DNA of 15,819 nucleotides from a virus (taxonomy: Duplodnaviria > Heunggongvirae > Uroviricota > Caudoviricetes): positions 1 through 15,819 of the IMG/VR virus record IMGVR_UViG_2737471850_000001. One strand, given 5' to 3'. Shown one piece after another: positions 8,490 to 15,819 of this stretch (position 1 is its first letter; each line of letters starts with the position of its first letter). The position numbers and the translations under genes were made by a program. Below the pieces are notes generated by a model. It was not told where the DNA came from and did not search any database. It worked only from the letters and a program-made list of their open reading frames with translations.

Positions 8490-8700
8490 CGGGTCCTTTC
8501 CGGCGATCCGACAGGTTACGGGGCGGCGACCTCGCGGGTTTTCGCTATTTATGAAAATTTTCCGGTTTAAGGCGTTTCCGTTCTTCTTCGTCGTAACTTA
8601 ATGTTTTTATTTAAAATACCCCCTGAAAAGAAAGGAAACGACAGGTGCTGAAAACGAACTTTTGGGCCTTTGTCGTTTCCTTTCTCTGTTTTTGGCCGTG
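8490..8700 (+). other. Lambda-type cos site (cosQ-cosN-cosB); cohesive-end sequence GGGCGGCGACCT at 8521-8532
   Basis: 8499-8640 is almost identical to the lambda genome termini as I recall them: ...tccgacaggttacg | gggcggcgacctcgcgggttttcgctatttatgaaaattttccggtttaaggcgtttccgttcttcttcgtc...; it is followed by a Nu1 homologue starting at 8710. Confidence 0.85.
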
Positions 8701-8709
8701 GAATGAACA

Positions 8710-9231
8710 ATGGAAGTCAACAAAAAGCAGCTGGCTGACATTTTCGGTGCGAGTATCCGTACCATTCAGAACTGGCAGGAACAGGGAATGCCCGTTCTGC
8801 GAGGCGGTGGCAAGGGTAATGAGGTGCTTTATGACTCTGCCGCCGTTATAAAATGGTATGCCGAAAGGGATGCTGAAATTGAGAACGAAAAGCTGCGCCG
8901 GGAGGTTGAAGAACTGCGGCAGTCCAGCGAGGCAGATCTCCAGCCAGGGACTATTGAGTACGAACGCCATCGACTTACGCGTGCGCAGGCCGACGCACAG
9001 GAACTGAAGAATGCCAGAGACTCCGCTGAAGTGGTGGAAACCGCATTCTGTACTTTCGTGTTGTCGCGGATCGCAGGTGAAATTGCCAGTATTCTCGACG
9101 GGATCCCCCTGTCGGTGCAGCGGCGTTTTCCGGAACTGGAAAACCGACATGTTGATTTCCTGAAACGGGATATCATCAAAGCCATGAACAAAGCAGCCGC
9201 GCTGGATGAACTGATAAGGGACGCTTCCTGA
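8710..9231 (+). CDS. nohD: Terminase small subunit Nu1, C-terminally altered (about 169 lambda-like residues, then a divergent IRDAS tail)
   Basis: [54 protein letters not shown]... is near-identical to lambda Nu1 from memory up to ...AALDELI, after which lambda continues PGLLSEYIEQSG but this ORF ends RDAS. No terminase large-subunit gene follows. Confidence 0.88.
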   Translation: MEVNKKQLADIFGASIRTIQNWQEQGMPVLRGGGKGNEVLYDSAAVIKWYAERDAEIENEKLRREVEELRQSSEADLQPGTIEYERHRLTRAQADAQELKNARDSAEVVETAFCTFVLSRIAGEIASILDGIPLSVQRRFPELENRHVDFLKRDIIKAMNKAAALDELIRDAS

Positions 9232-9278
9232 ACAACATTAACGCGGTCAGTAAAACAGACTTTGCTGATAAGCGTGGT

Positions 9279-11084
9279 ATGCGTTATGTGCGGGTTAACG
9301 CTCCTGCAGGTGCAACATCTGGAAAATATTACCCTGTTGTTGTTATGCGTTCTGCTGGCTCAGTAAGCGAACTGGCATCAAGGGTCATTATCACCACGGC
9401 AACGCGAACCGCAGGCGATCCGATGAATAACTGCGAGTTTAACGGATTTGTTATGCCTGGTGGCTGGACTGACAGGGGGCGTTATGCTTATGGAATGTTC
9501 TGGCAATATCAAAACAATGAACGAGCCATCCACTCAATAATGATGAGTAATAAGGGCGATGATTTGCGCTCTGTGTTCTATGTTGATGGCGCTGCTTTCC
9601 CTGTTTTTGCGTTTATCGAAGATGGCCTGTCAATATCCGCACCTGGTGCTGATCTCGTTGTTAATGATACGACCTATAAGTTTGGGGCAACAAATCCGGC
9701 GACTGAATGTATCGCGGCGGACGTTATCCTTGATTTTAAGAGTGGGCGTGGTTTTTATGAGTCTCATTCGTTAATCGTTAACGATAACTTGTCGTGCAAA
9801 AAACTTTTTGCCACAGACGAAATTGTAGCGCGTGGTGGTAATCAGATTCGAATGATAGGTGGGGAGTATGGTGCATTATGGCGTAATGATGGCGCTAAAA
9901 CTTACCTGCTGCTTACCAATCAAGGTGATGTTTATGGTGGCTGGAATACATTAAGACCGTTTGCTATTGATAACGCAACCGGCGAACTGATTATTGGAAC
10001 CAAACTGTCCGCAAGTCTGAATGGTAATGCATTAACAGCAACAAAGCTGCAAACGCCAAGACTGGTTTCTGGTGTTGAGTTTGATGGTTCCAAAGATATT
10101 ACTTTAACCGCCGCGCATGTGGCTGCTTTTGCCAGAAGGGCAACGGATACATATGCCGATGCGGATGGGGGCGTTCCATGGAATGCCGAATCAGGCGCTT
10201 ACAATGTCACCCGCTCTGGCGACAGCTATATTCTGGTTAACTTCTATACCGGAGTCGGAAGTTGCCGGACCCTGCAGATGAAGGCACATTACAGAAATGG
10301 AGGTCTGTTCTACCGTTCCTCAAGAGATGGCTATGGTTTTGAGGAAGACTGGGCAGAAGTTTATACCTCGAAAAATCTTCCACCAGAAAGCTACCCAGTC
10401 GGCGCACCAATCCCGTGGCCATCAGATACCGTTCCGTCTGGTTATGCCCTGATGCAGGGGCAGACTTTTGACAAATCTGCATACCCGAAACTTGCAGCCG
10501 CTTATCCGTCAGGCGTGATCCCTGATATGCGTGGCTGGACGATTAAGGGCAAACCTGCCAGTGGTCGCGCCGTATTGTCTCAGGAACAGGACGGCATTAA
10601 ATCGCACACCCACAGCGCCAGCGCATCCAGTACGGATTTGGGGACGAAAACCACATCGTCGTTTGATTACGGAACCAAATCCACGAATAACACCGGGGCG
10701 CATACCCATAGTATTAGCGGGACCGCAAATAGTGCCGGCGCGCACCAACACAAGAGTTCCGGTGCATTTGGTGGCACGAACACGAGCATTTTCCCTAATG
10801 GTTATACCGCGATTTCAAATCCAAGCGCGGGGATTATGAGCACAACAAGCGGTAGTGGCCAGACTCGTAATGCAGGGAAGACATCATCAGATGGTGCTCA
10901 TACCCACTCGCTGTCCGGCACTGCTGCAAGCGCAGGCGCACATGCACATACTGTCGGTATTGGTGCTCATACGCACTCCGTTGCGATTGGCTCACATGGA
11001 CACACCATCACCGTTAACGCTGCGGGTAACGCGGAAAACACCGTCAAAAACATCGCATTTAACTATATTGTGAGGCTTGCATAA
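9279..11084 (+). CDS. Phage side tail fibre protein, probably a 5'-truncated remnant, with His-rich C-terminal repeats
   Basis: 601-aa ORF ending ...[11 protein letters not shown], as lambda Stf-family fibres do. Repeated G-A-H-T/A-H-S/T motifs in the C-terminal third. Its frame is open upstream to 9219, directly abutting the Nu1 divergence point, so the ATG at 9279 may not be the original start. Confidence 0.8.
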   Translation: MRYVRVNAPAGATSGKYYPVVVMRSAGSVSELASRVIITTATRTAGDPMNNCEFNGFVMPGGWTDRGRYAYGMFWQYQNNERAIHSIMMSNKGDDLRSVFYVDGAAFPVFAFIEDGLSISAPGADLVVNDTTYKFGATNPATECIAADVILDFKSGRGFYESHSLIVNDNLSCKKLFATDEIVARGGNQIRMIGGEYGALWRNDGAKTYLLLTNQGDVYGGWNTLRPFAIDNATGELIIGTKLSASLNGNALTATKLQTPRLVSGVEFDGSKDITLTAAHVAAFARRATDTYADADGGVPWNAESGAYNVTRSGDSYILVNFYTGVGSCRTLQMKAHYRNGGLFYRSSRDGYGFEEDWAEVYTSKNLPPESYPVGAPIPWPSDTVPSGYALMQGQTFDKSAYPKLAAAYPSGVIPDMRGWTIKGKPASGRAVLSQEQDGIKSHTHSASASSTDLGTKTTSSFDYGTKSTNNTGAHTHSISGTANSAGAHQHKSSGAFGGTNTSIFPNGYTAISNPSAGIMSTTSGSGQTRNAGKTSSDGAHTHSLSGTAASAGAHAHTVGIGAHTHSVAIGSHGHTITVNAAGNAENTVKNIAFNYIVRLA

Positions 11085-11668
11085 TGGCATTCAGAATGAG
11101 TGAACAAGCACGGACCATAAAAATTTATAATCTGCTGGCCGGAACTAATGAATTTATTGGTGAAGGTGACGCATATATTCCGCCTCATACAGGTCTGCCA
11201 GCAAACAGTACCGATATTGCACCACCAGATATTCCGGCAGGCTTCGTGGCTGTTTTCAACAGTGATGAGGCATCGTGGCATCTCGTTGAAGACCATCGGG
11301 GTAAAACGGTTTATGACGTGGCTTCCGGCGACGCGTTATTTATTTCTGAACTCGGTCCGTTACCGGAAAATGTTACCTGGTTATCCCCGGAAGGGGAGTT
11401 TCAGAAGTGGAACGGCACAGCCTGGGTGAAGGATACGGAAGCAGAAAAACTGTTCCGGATCCGGGAGGCGGAAGAAACAAAAAACAGCCTGATGCAGGTA
11501 GCCAGTGAGCATATTGCGCCGCTTCAGGATGCTGCAGATCTGGAAATCGCAACGGAGGAAGAAACCTCGTTGCTTGAAGCCTGGAAGAAGTATCGGGTGT
11601 TGCTGAATCGTGTTGATACATCAACTGCACCTGATATTGAGTGGCCCGCAATCCCTGTTATGGAATAA
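11084..11668 (+). CDS. tfa: Tail fibre assembly protein Tfa
   Basis: 194 aa, the same length as lambda Tfa; start overlaps the tail-fibre stop (TAATG); acidic C-terminal half typical of the Tfa family. Confidence 0.85.
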   Translation: MAFRMSEQARTIKIYNLLAGTNEFIGEGDAYIPPHTGLPANSTDIAPPDIPAGFVAVFNSDEASWHLVEDHRGKTVYDVASGDALFISELGPLPENVTWLSPEGEFQKWNGTAWVKDTEAEKLFRIREAEETKNSLMQVASEHIAPLQDAADLEIATEEETSLLEAWKKYRVLLNRVDTSTAPDIEWPAIPVME

Positions 11669-11683
11669 TAGTTTTGTGATATG

Positions 11684-11717
11684 CCGCAGAAACGTTATAT
11701 GCAATAACGTGCTGCGG
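11684..11717 (+). terminator. Interrupted hairpin just after the tfa stop (candidate terminator)
   Basis: ccgcag-aa-acgttat-atgca-ataacgt-g-ctgcgg: 13 paired positions in two stem segments. No strong T-run follows, so it is weak as an intrinsic terminator. Confidence 0.3.
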
Positions 11718-12001
11718 TTGGCTGATGTACTTTCGAGAGTGTATTGAATAATTTCCAACCGTCATTAATTTTATTTATTTTTTGTATGAGAGGATTTGAA
11801 CCTCCGAGCCTCGACACCTTATGACAAAGCGATATTGCCTTGATGACCGCCATGTGCCAAAATAACCAATTGATAAATAAGTTGATTTTAATTGGTTGGA
11901 AGCAAGTCAGGTCAAATTCAGCATTCCGCTCTCTGTATCGGATAGTTAAATTTTTCTATAACTGATAGTAATATGTTAAAACTCACACAGATAAATTATC
12001 A

Positions 12002-13984
12002 TTGCTCAACAAGTATAATGGAGTTCCCGTGGATACAGCAGAACATGATGGCAAGTTTGCTTGGGCTAGTTTTTATGAGGCTTTTGCCAACGCGTTACTG
12101 ACTTGGCGAAATCGTAGAGATGAATTAGTCAAAGGTATTCATCTAATTGCCTCGGGTGTGGAAGGAATGTCCCATCTGCAGGACAAATCTATTATGGGAG
12201 AGATCTTTCCCTTAAAAGACATTTGTCCGTTTACTACTATGGGCTTGTTCAATCGTAACTTGACCGACAGCAATCGCAAAATTATTGCTGCCAAGCTAGC
12301 GAATTTGTTGGGCGTGAACGAACCGATTCCTGACTCCTTTGCCGGAATCCCTCTGTTGAATAACCAAAAATCTTGGTTCTTTGGTTATGAAAAGTCACGC
12401 GACCCTAATGACATTGAATGCTTGTGGGAAATGTTCTCACAGGCAATGACCTTTGCGGATAACCAGAATACTAACTCTGCAGACTTCACTGCCGCATATG
12501 ACATCGCTTCTACAGTAATGAATGTCGGTTGGAATCTCACCATGGGGTTGTACTGGACCCGTCCTTGGTTCTACCCCACTTTAGATAGCCAGTCGCAGTA
12601 TTACATTCAGACAGTGTTAAACATTAAGATCATTAAAAACGGGGCAAAAGGTCGCTGTAGTGGACAAAGTTACCTGAGTCTTATGCGGGCGCTGAACGAG
12701 GTCTTTACCCAACCAAACTATCCGGTTCATTCTTTCCCAGAACTTTCCTTATCAGCGTGGAATACAGATCTTAGCCAGTCTAAAGATGAGGTGGCAAATA
12801 GAACGTGGAAAGCCTCTTTACTGAATAAAATTAAGGCGTTATGCCTGAAAAAAAATGGCCCTTATTTCACTGCTTCGGAGTTGGAAGAAAACTACTTGGA
12901 CGTTTTCAAGGTAGAGCATCCTGAGAGCAAAACTGTTACAAGCTCAATCTACTTTTATCTACAGAAACTATGCAATGATGATGAGTTAAAGTCCCTCGAG
13001 TCCGGAAATTATGAATACCTGAATTTTGAGAAAAACGAATCCCAGACGATAACTGAGGAAACTGTCGAAGAGAGTGCGCTGTCGCCAAAACTCACCCACG
13101 TTCCTTATGACATCAGTCATCTGGTGCAGGATGGCTGTTTCTTGGAAGAGGCTAAGATCCAACTCACACTTCAGCGCCTGATCGACAAGAAAAACCTGAT
13201 ATTACAAGGACCACCCGGAACTGGAAAAACTTGGTTAGCGCGACGTCTGGCGTACTGCTTGATGGGAGAAAAAGCACCTGAGCGTATTAGCGCGGTGCAA
13301 TTTCACCCGAACCTCTCTTACGAAGACTTTATTCGCGGCTGGCGTCCAGGTAAAGAAGGGCAATTGACGCTAATTGATGGACCTTTTGTAAATGCAATCA
13401 AAACTGCAGTCAATAATCCTACCTCGAAATATGTGGTGATAATTGAAGAGATTAATCGTGGCAATCCGGCGCAAATCTTCGGTGAAACACTCACGTTGAT
13501 GGAAGCAGATAAACGCACGCCGACTGAGGCATTATCTCTTTCCTATCCTAAAAATGCTGATGAAAAAATATACATTCCTGAGAATCTATATATCATCGGT
13601 ACGATGAATATTGCAGACCGCTCACTCGCACTACTTGACCTAGCGCTGCGCCGTCGTTTCGCGTTTATCGATCTAAAGCCAGCTTTTAATGACGCGTGGA
13701 GAAACTGGGTAAATTATAATTACGCAATTGATTTTGACATGTTAGCATTCATCAAATCTCGACTGACGGTATTAAACGATATGCTGGCAAAAGATGTTAC
13801 CTTAGGACCACAGTTTTGTATCGGTCACAGCTATGTCACCCCAGCTATCGGCCAAAAAATCAACGATGCCCAGGCTTGGTATGAACAAGTCGTTGATACA
13901 GAGATCTGCCCTTTGCTCGCCGAATATTGGTTCGATGCTCCAAATAAAGTCGATGAAGCCAGAAAAGTGTTATTAGCAAAATGA
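12002..13984 (+). CDS. mcrB: McrB-family GTPase (AAA+) subunit of a type IV (modification-dependent) restriction system, with an unusually long uncharacterised N-terminal region
   Basis: C-terminal ~265 aa align by eye to EcoK McrB: LILQGPPGTGKTWLARRLAY (Walker A), FHPNLSYEDFIRGWRP (McrB signature), VVIIEEINRGNP (Walker B), IIGTMNIADRSL, RRRFAFIDL, FCIGHSY, ICPLLAEYWFD. About 390 aa precede the GTPase (EcoK McrB has about 160). Start is uncertain: TTG at 12002 without an SD, or GTG at 12029 with GGAG 5 nt upstream. Confidence 0.85.
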   Translation: MLNKYNGVPVDTAEHDGKFAWASFYEAFANALLTWRNRRDELVKGIHLIASGVEGMSHLQDKSIMGEIFPLKDICPFTTMGLFNRNLTDSNRKIIAAKLANLLGVNEPIPDSFAGIPLLNNQKSWFFGYEKSRDPNDIECLWEMFSQAMTFADNQNTNSADFTAAYDIASTVMNVGWNLTMGLYWTRPWFYPTLDSQSQYYIQTVLNIKIIKNGAKGRCSGQSYLSLMRALNEVFTQPNYPVHSFPELSLSAWNTDLSQSKDEVANRTWKASLLNKIKALCLKKNGPYFTASELEENYLDVFKVEHPESKTVTSSIYFYLQKLCNDDELKSLESGNYEYLNFEKNESQTITEETVEESALSPKLTHVPYDISHLVQDGCFLEEAKIQLTLQRLIDKKNLILQGPPGTGKTWLARRLAYCLMGEKAPERISAVQFHPNLSYEDFIRGWRPGKEGQLTLIDGPFVNAIKTAVNNPTSKYVVIIEEINRGNPAQIFGETLTLMEADKRTPTEALSLSYPKNADEKIYIPENLYIIGTMNIADRSLALLDLALRRRFAFIDLKPAFNDAWRNWVNYNYAIDFDMLAFIKSRLTVLNDMLAKDVTLGPQFCIGHSYVTPAIGQKINDAQAWYEQVVDTEICPLLAEYWFDAPNKVDEARKVLLAK

Positions 13985-15102
13985 CGACAATAACCGGGAG
14001 TGAGCAACATACAGCATCACGTATTCCCATGCGAAATATCTGGATGCTGATGCTGTACGCTTCAGATCTGTTTCGCCAGTTAGGGCGCAATCAGATCGCA
14101 GTAGAAGATAACCCAGCAGAAATCCCCGACCTGGTGGCGACAATCCTCCTTCATGAGATTACGCTGCGCCGACGTCGCAATTTAAATATGGGATACCAAA
14201 CTTGTCATGCGGCCCTGAACCGGGTGAGAGGGCGCATTGACATACTGTATACTGCCAGTCATCAACTGCTGGAACGGGGACAGGTTGCCTGCCATTTTCA
14301 AGACATAACCCTCAACACCCCCCGAAATCGCTATGTTCGCTGTGCGTTAGAACGTCTGGCCTCAATCATAGTGAAACCGTCTTTGGCGGCAGATTGCCAT
14401 TTTATGGCAATATCACTTCGCCGTGAGGGGATAAATGGAGGATATCCTGCCCCCCACGAATTACCCTCAGTGTGGCGTTTTGGACGCCATGATGCCGCAG
14501 ATAAACCGATGGTCGATGCCGCACGATTAGCTTTTGAACTGCTGATGCCGACCGAAGATCAAGGCCAATATCTTTTACCTGCGCCCTCAAATAACCTTTA
14601 CTGGATGAGAAGACTATTTGAAAAAGGTATCGCTGGCTTATATCGTGTACACCTTGACAAAACAACTTGGCAGGTCTCTGCAGGGAAAGAGCTGAAATGG
14701 GCGTTGAGCGATCAAAGTGCAGGTAGTGCAGAGATTTTCCCGACAATGAAGTCAGACATTATTCTGGAACACAAGACTGCCCAGCGGCGTATTATTATCG
14801 ATACCAAATTTAATTCGATTCTGACAAAGGGTTGGCATCGGGAGCAATCACTACGTAATGGCTATATTTATCAGCTATATACCTACCTTAGAACACAGGA
14901 GAACAAGACGGATCCGCTTTCGCTCAATGCCGCTGGTCTTCTACTTCATCCAGCTGTTGGCTATATGCTTAATGAGTATGTTGTCACTCAGGGACATAAG
15001 ATCCATTTTGCTACAGTAGATATGACGGTAGATGCTAAAGCAATTAAAAAACAATTGCTGGCAATAGCCCATGATTGTGCAGGAGTCGCGGTTGATGACT
15101 AA
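13981..15102 (+). CDS. mcrC: McrC-family nuclease subunit (PD-(D/E)xK) partner of the McrB-like GTPase
   Basis: Start ATG overlaps the mcrB stop (ATGA). N-terminal IPMRNIWMLMLYA matches EcoK McrC IPVRNIYYMLTYA; C-terminal FPTMKSDIILEHKTAQRRIIIDTKFNSIL...GYIYQLYTYL...GLLLHPAV matches the EcoK LPRMETDITIRSSEKILIVDAKYYKSIF...NLYQLMNYL...GLLIYPHV nuclease core. Confidence 0.85.
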   Translation: MTTITGSEQHTASRIPMRNIWMLMLYASDLFRQLGRNQIAVEDNPAEIPDLVATILLHEITLRRRRNLNMGYQTCHAALNRVRGRIDILYTASHQLLERGQVACHFQDITLNTPRNRYVRCALERLASIIVKPSLAADCHFMAISLRREGINGGYPAPHELPSVWRFGRHDAADKPMVDAARLAFELLMPTEDQGQYLLPAPSNNLYWMRRLFEKGIAGLYRVHLDKTTWQVSAGKELKWALSDQSAGSAEIFPTMKSDIILEHKTAQRRIIIDTKFNSILTKGWHREQSLRNGYIYQLYTYLRTQENKTDPLSLNAAGLLLHPAVGYMLNEYVVTQGHKIHFATVDMTVDAKAIKKQLLAIAHDCAGVAVDD

Positions 15103-15819
15103 CCATCCTATAGGGCACTGGCTGTAATATAATCAATAGTTTCAATTAAGTAGCTGTTATCCGTGCTTAGTCATCATATGACGCACCACGGTCTAATTTT
15201 CCTGCTCATACATTGATATATCCTTGTCGTGCCCGGAAAGTCGCAGTCCACTATGAGGTATACCGATTGCCAGCACCAAAAGCTTCTTTGTGATTATTAT
15301 ATCGGGGAATGCCTATTTTTTTAGTGACAATATCAGATAGCAATTAATAAGCGGTGCCGGTAATGGATGTTATGTTTAATGTATAGACACAGCCATCATA
15401 AACTAAACGTCTGTTGTTCGCTCATAACCGACATTTATCTCAGTTATGGAGGATAATTATGTATGCAGATAATGGGGCAGACAGTCGTGGAGTAAACAAG
15501 GTTTTGCACTGCTTGGCGGCATCGTTATCTTATTTTTAATTATGTGCCTCTTAACATAAGTTGGGACAAAACAGAGACACATAAGGTCTCACAAAGGTCT
15601 GCAAGGCCTCACATGTATTGAGATGTTAATAAAATGTAGACTTGTAATTTGGATATAAATGGTAGAGAAAACCTTTCCCCAAAATAAAAACGAACGTCAA
15701 TGAAATCAAACGGTTGAATAAAGTTAATTTTGGCTAATAAAAAGACAATAAAATAATTTTTATCATTAAATATCAATGACTTGAATTCATGGTTTTTATA
15801 TACTGCTGCGCCATATGGG

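Noticed and set aside
8611-9191. ORFs 8611-9150 (-), 8645-8851 (+) and 8829-9191 (-) overlapping cos and Nu1
   Set aside because: The region is almost lambda-identical and encodes Nu1 on the plus strand in the 8710 frame. These are alternative-frame or antisense artefacts.
9559-11073. Internal ORFs (9559-9774, 10237-10482, 10509-10751, 10531-10839, 10855-11073) within the tail-fibre gene
   Set aside because: All are off-frame or antisense within a long ORF whose C-terminus matches Stf-family fibres. Their products are Arg/Pro-rich, as expected for alternative frames of GC-rich repeats.
11063-11651. ORFs 11063-11296 (-), 11148-11429 (+) and 11373-11651 (-) overlapping tfa
   Set aside because: The tfa frame is supported by length, position and start overlap with the fibre gene; these are alternative frames.
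11781-11870. Possible complete tRNA gene on the minus strand
   Set aside because: Only the T-arm is convincing. Attempts to fold the flanks gave no acceptor stem complementarity, a mismatched anticodon stem and no CCA, so it is reported as a tRNA-like fragment, not an RNA gene.
13318-14746. Minus-strand ORFs (13318-13518, 13860-14090, 14402-14746) inside mcrB/mcrC
   Set aside because: They are antisense to genes with strong McrB and McrC motif conservation.
1-15819. CRISPR arrays, rRNA or intact tRNA genes, IS elements
   Set aside because: No direct-repeat/spacer periodicity, no rRNA-like conserved blocks, and no terminal inverted repeats flanking a transposase-like ORF were seen on either strand.

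Overview
This window reads as a defective lambdoid prophage of the DLP12 / phage 21-82 type from an Escherichia-like host, with two non-phage cargo modules at its edges. All homology calls are from memory of lambda and E. coli K-12 proteins and from motifs read directly off the ORF track; no database search or computation was run. Left to right: (1) a 5'-truncated unknown gene overlapping a NADAR-domain gene (1-1281); (2) the nin region ybcN/ninB, ninE, ybcO, rusA, ylcG (1542-2946); (3) the late antiterminator quuD, then a palindrome and tandem terminator hairpins; (4) an apparently intact nmpC-type porin on the minus strand; (5) a lysis cassette of pinholin essD, SAR endolysin rrrD and nested spanins rzpD/rzoD; (6) borD, ybcV, ybcW and ylcI; (7) a lambda-like cos site and a C-terminally truncated Nu1 (nohD) joined by a deletion junction to a tail-fibre fragment and tfa; (8) after a 333-bp junction, a McrB-like GTPase with an unusually long N-terminal domain coupled to a McrC-like nuclease (12002-15102); (9) an AT-rich 3' flank with one small SD-preceded ORF. 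The two strongest candidates for something undescribed are the McrBC-like module with its ~390-aa unrecognised N-terminal domain and the unknown-gene/NADAR pair upstream of ninB.
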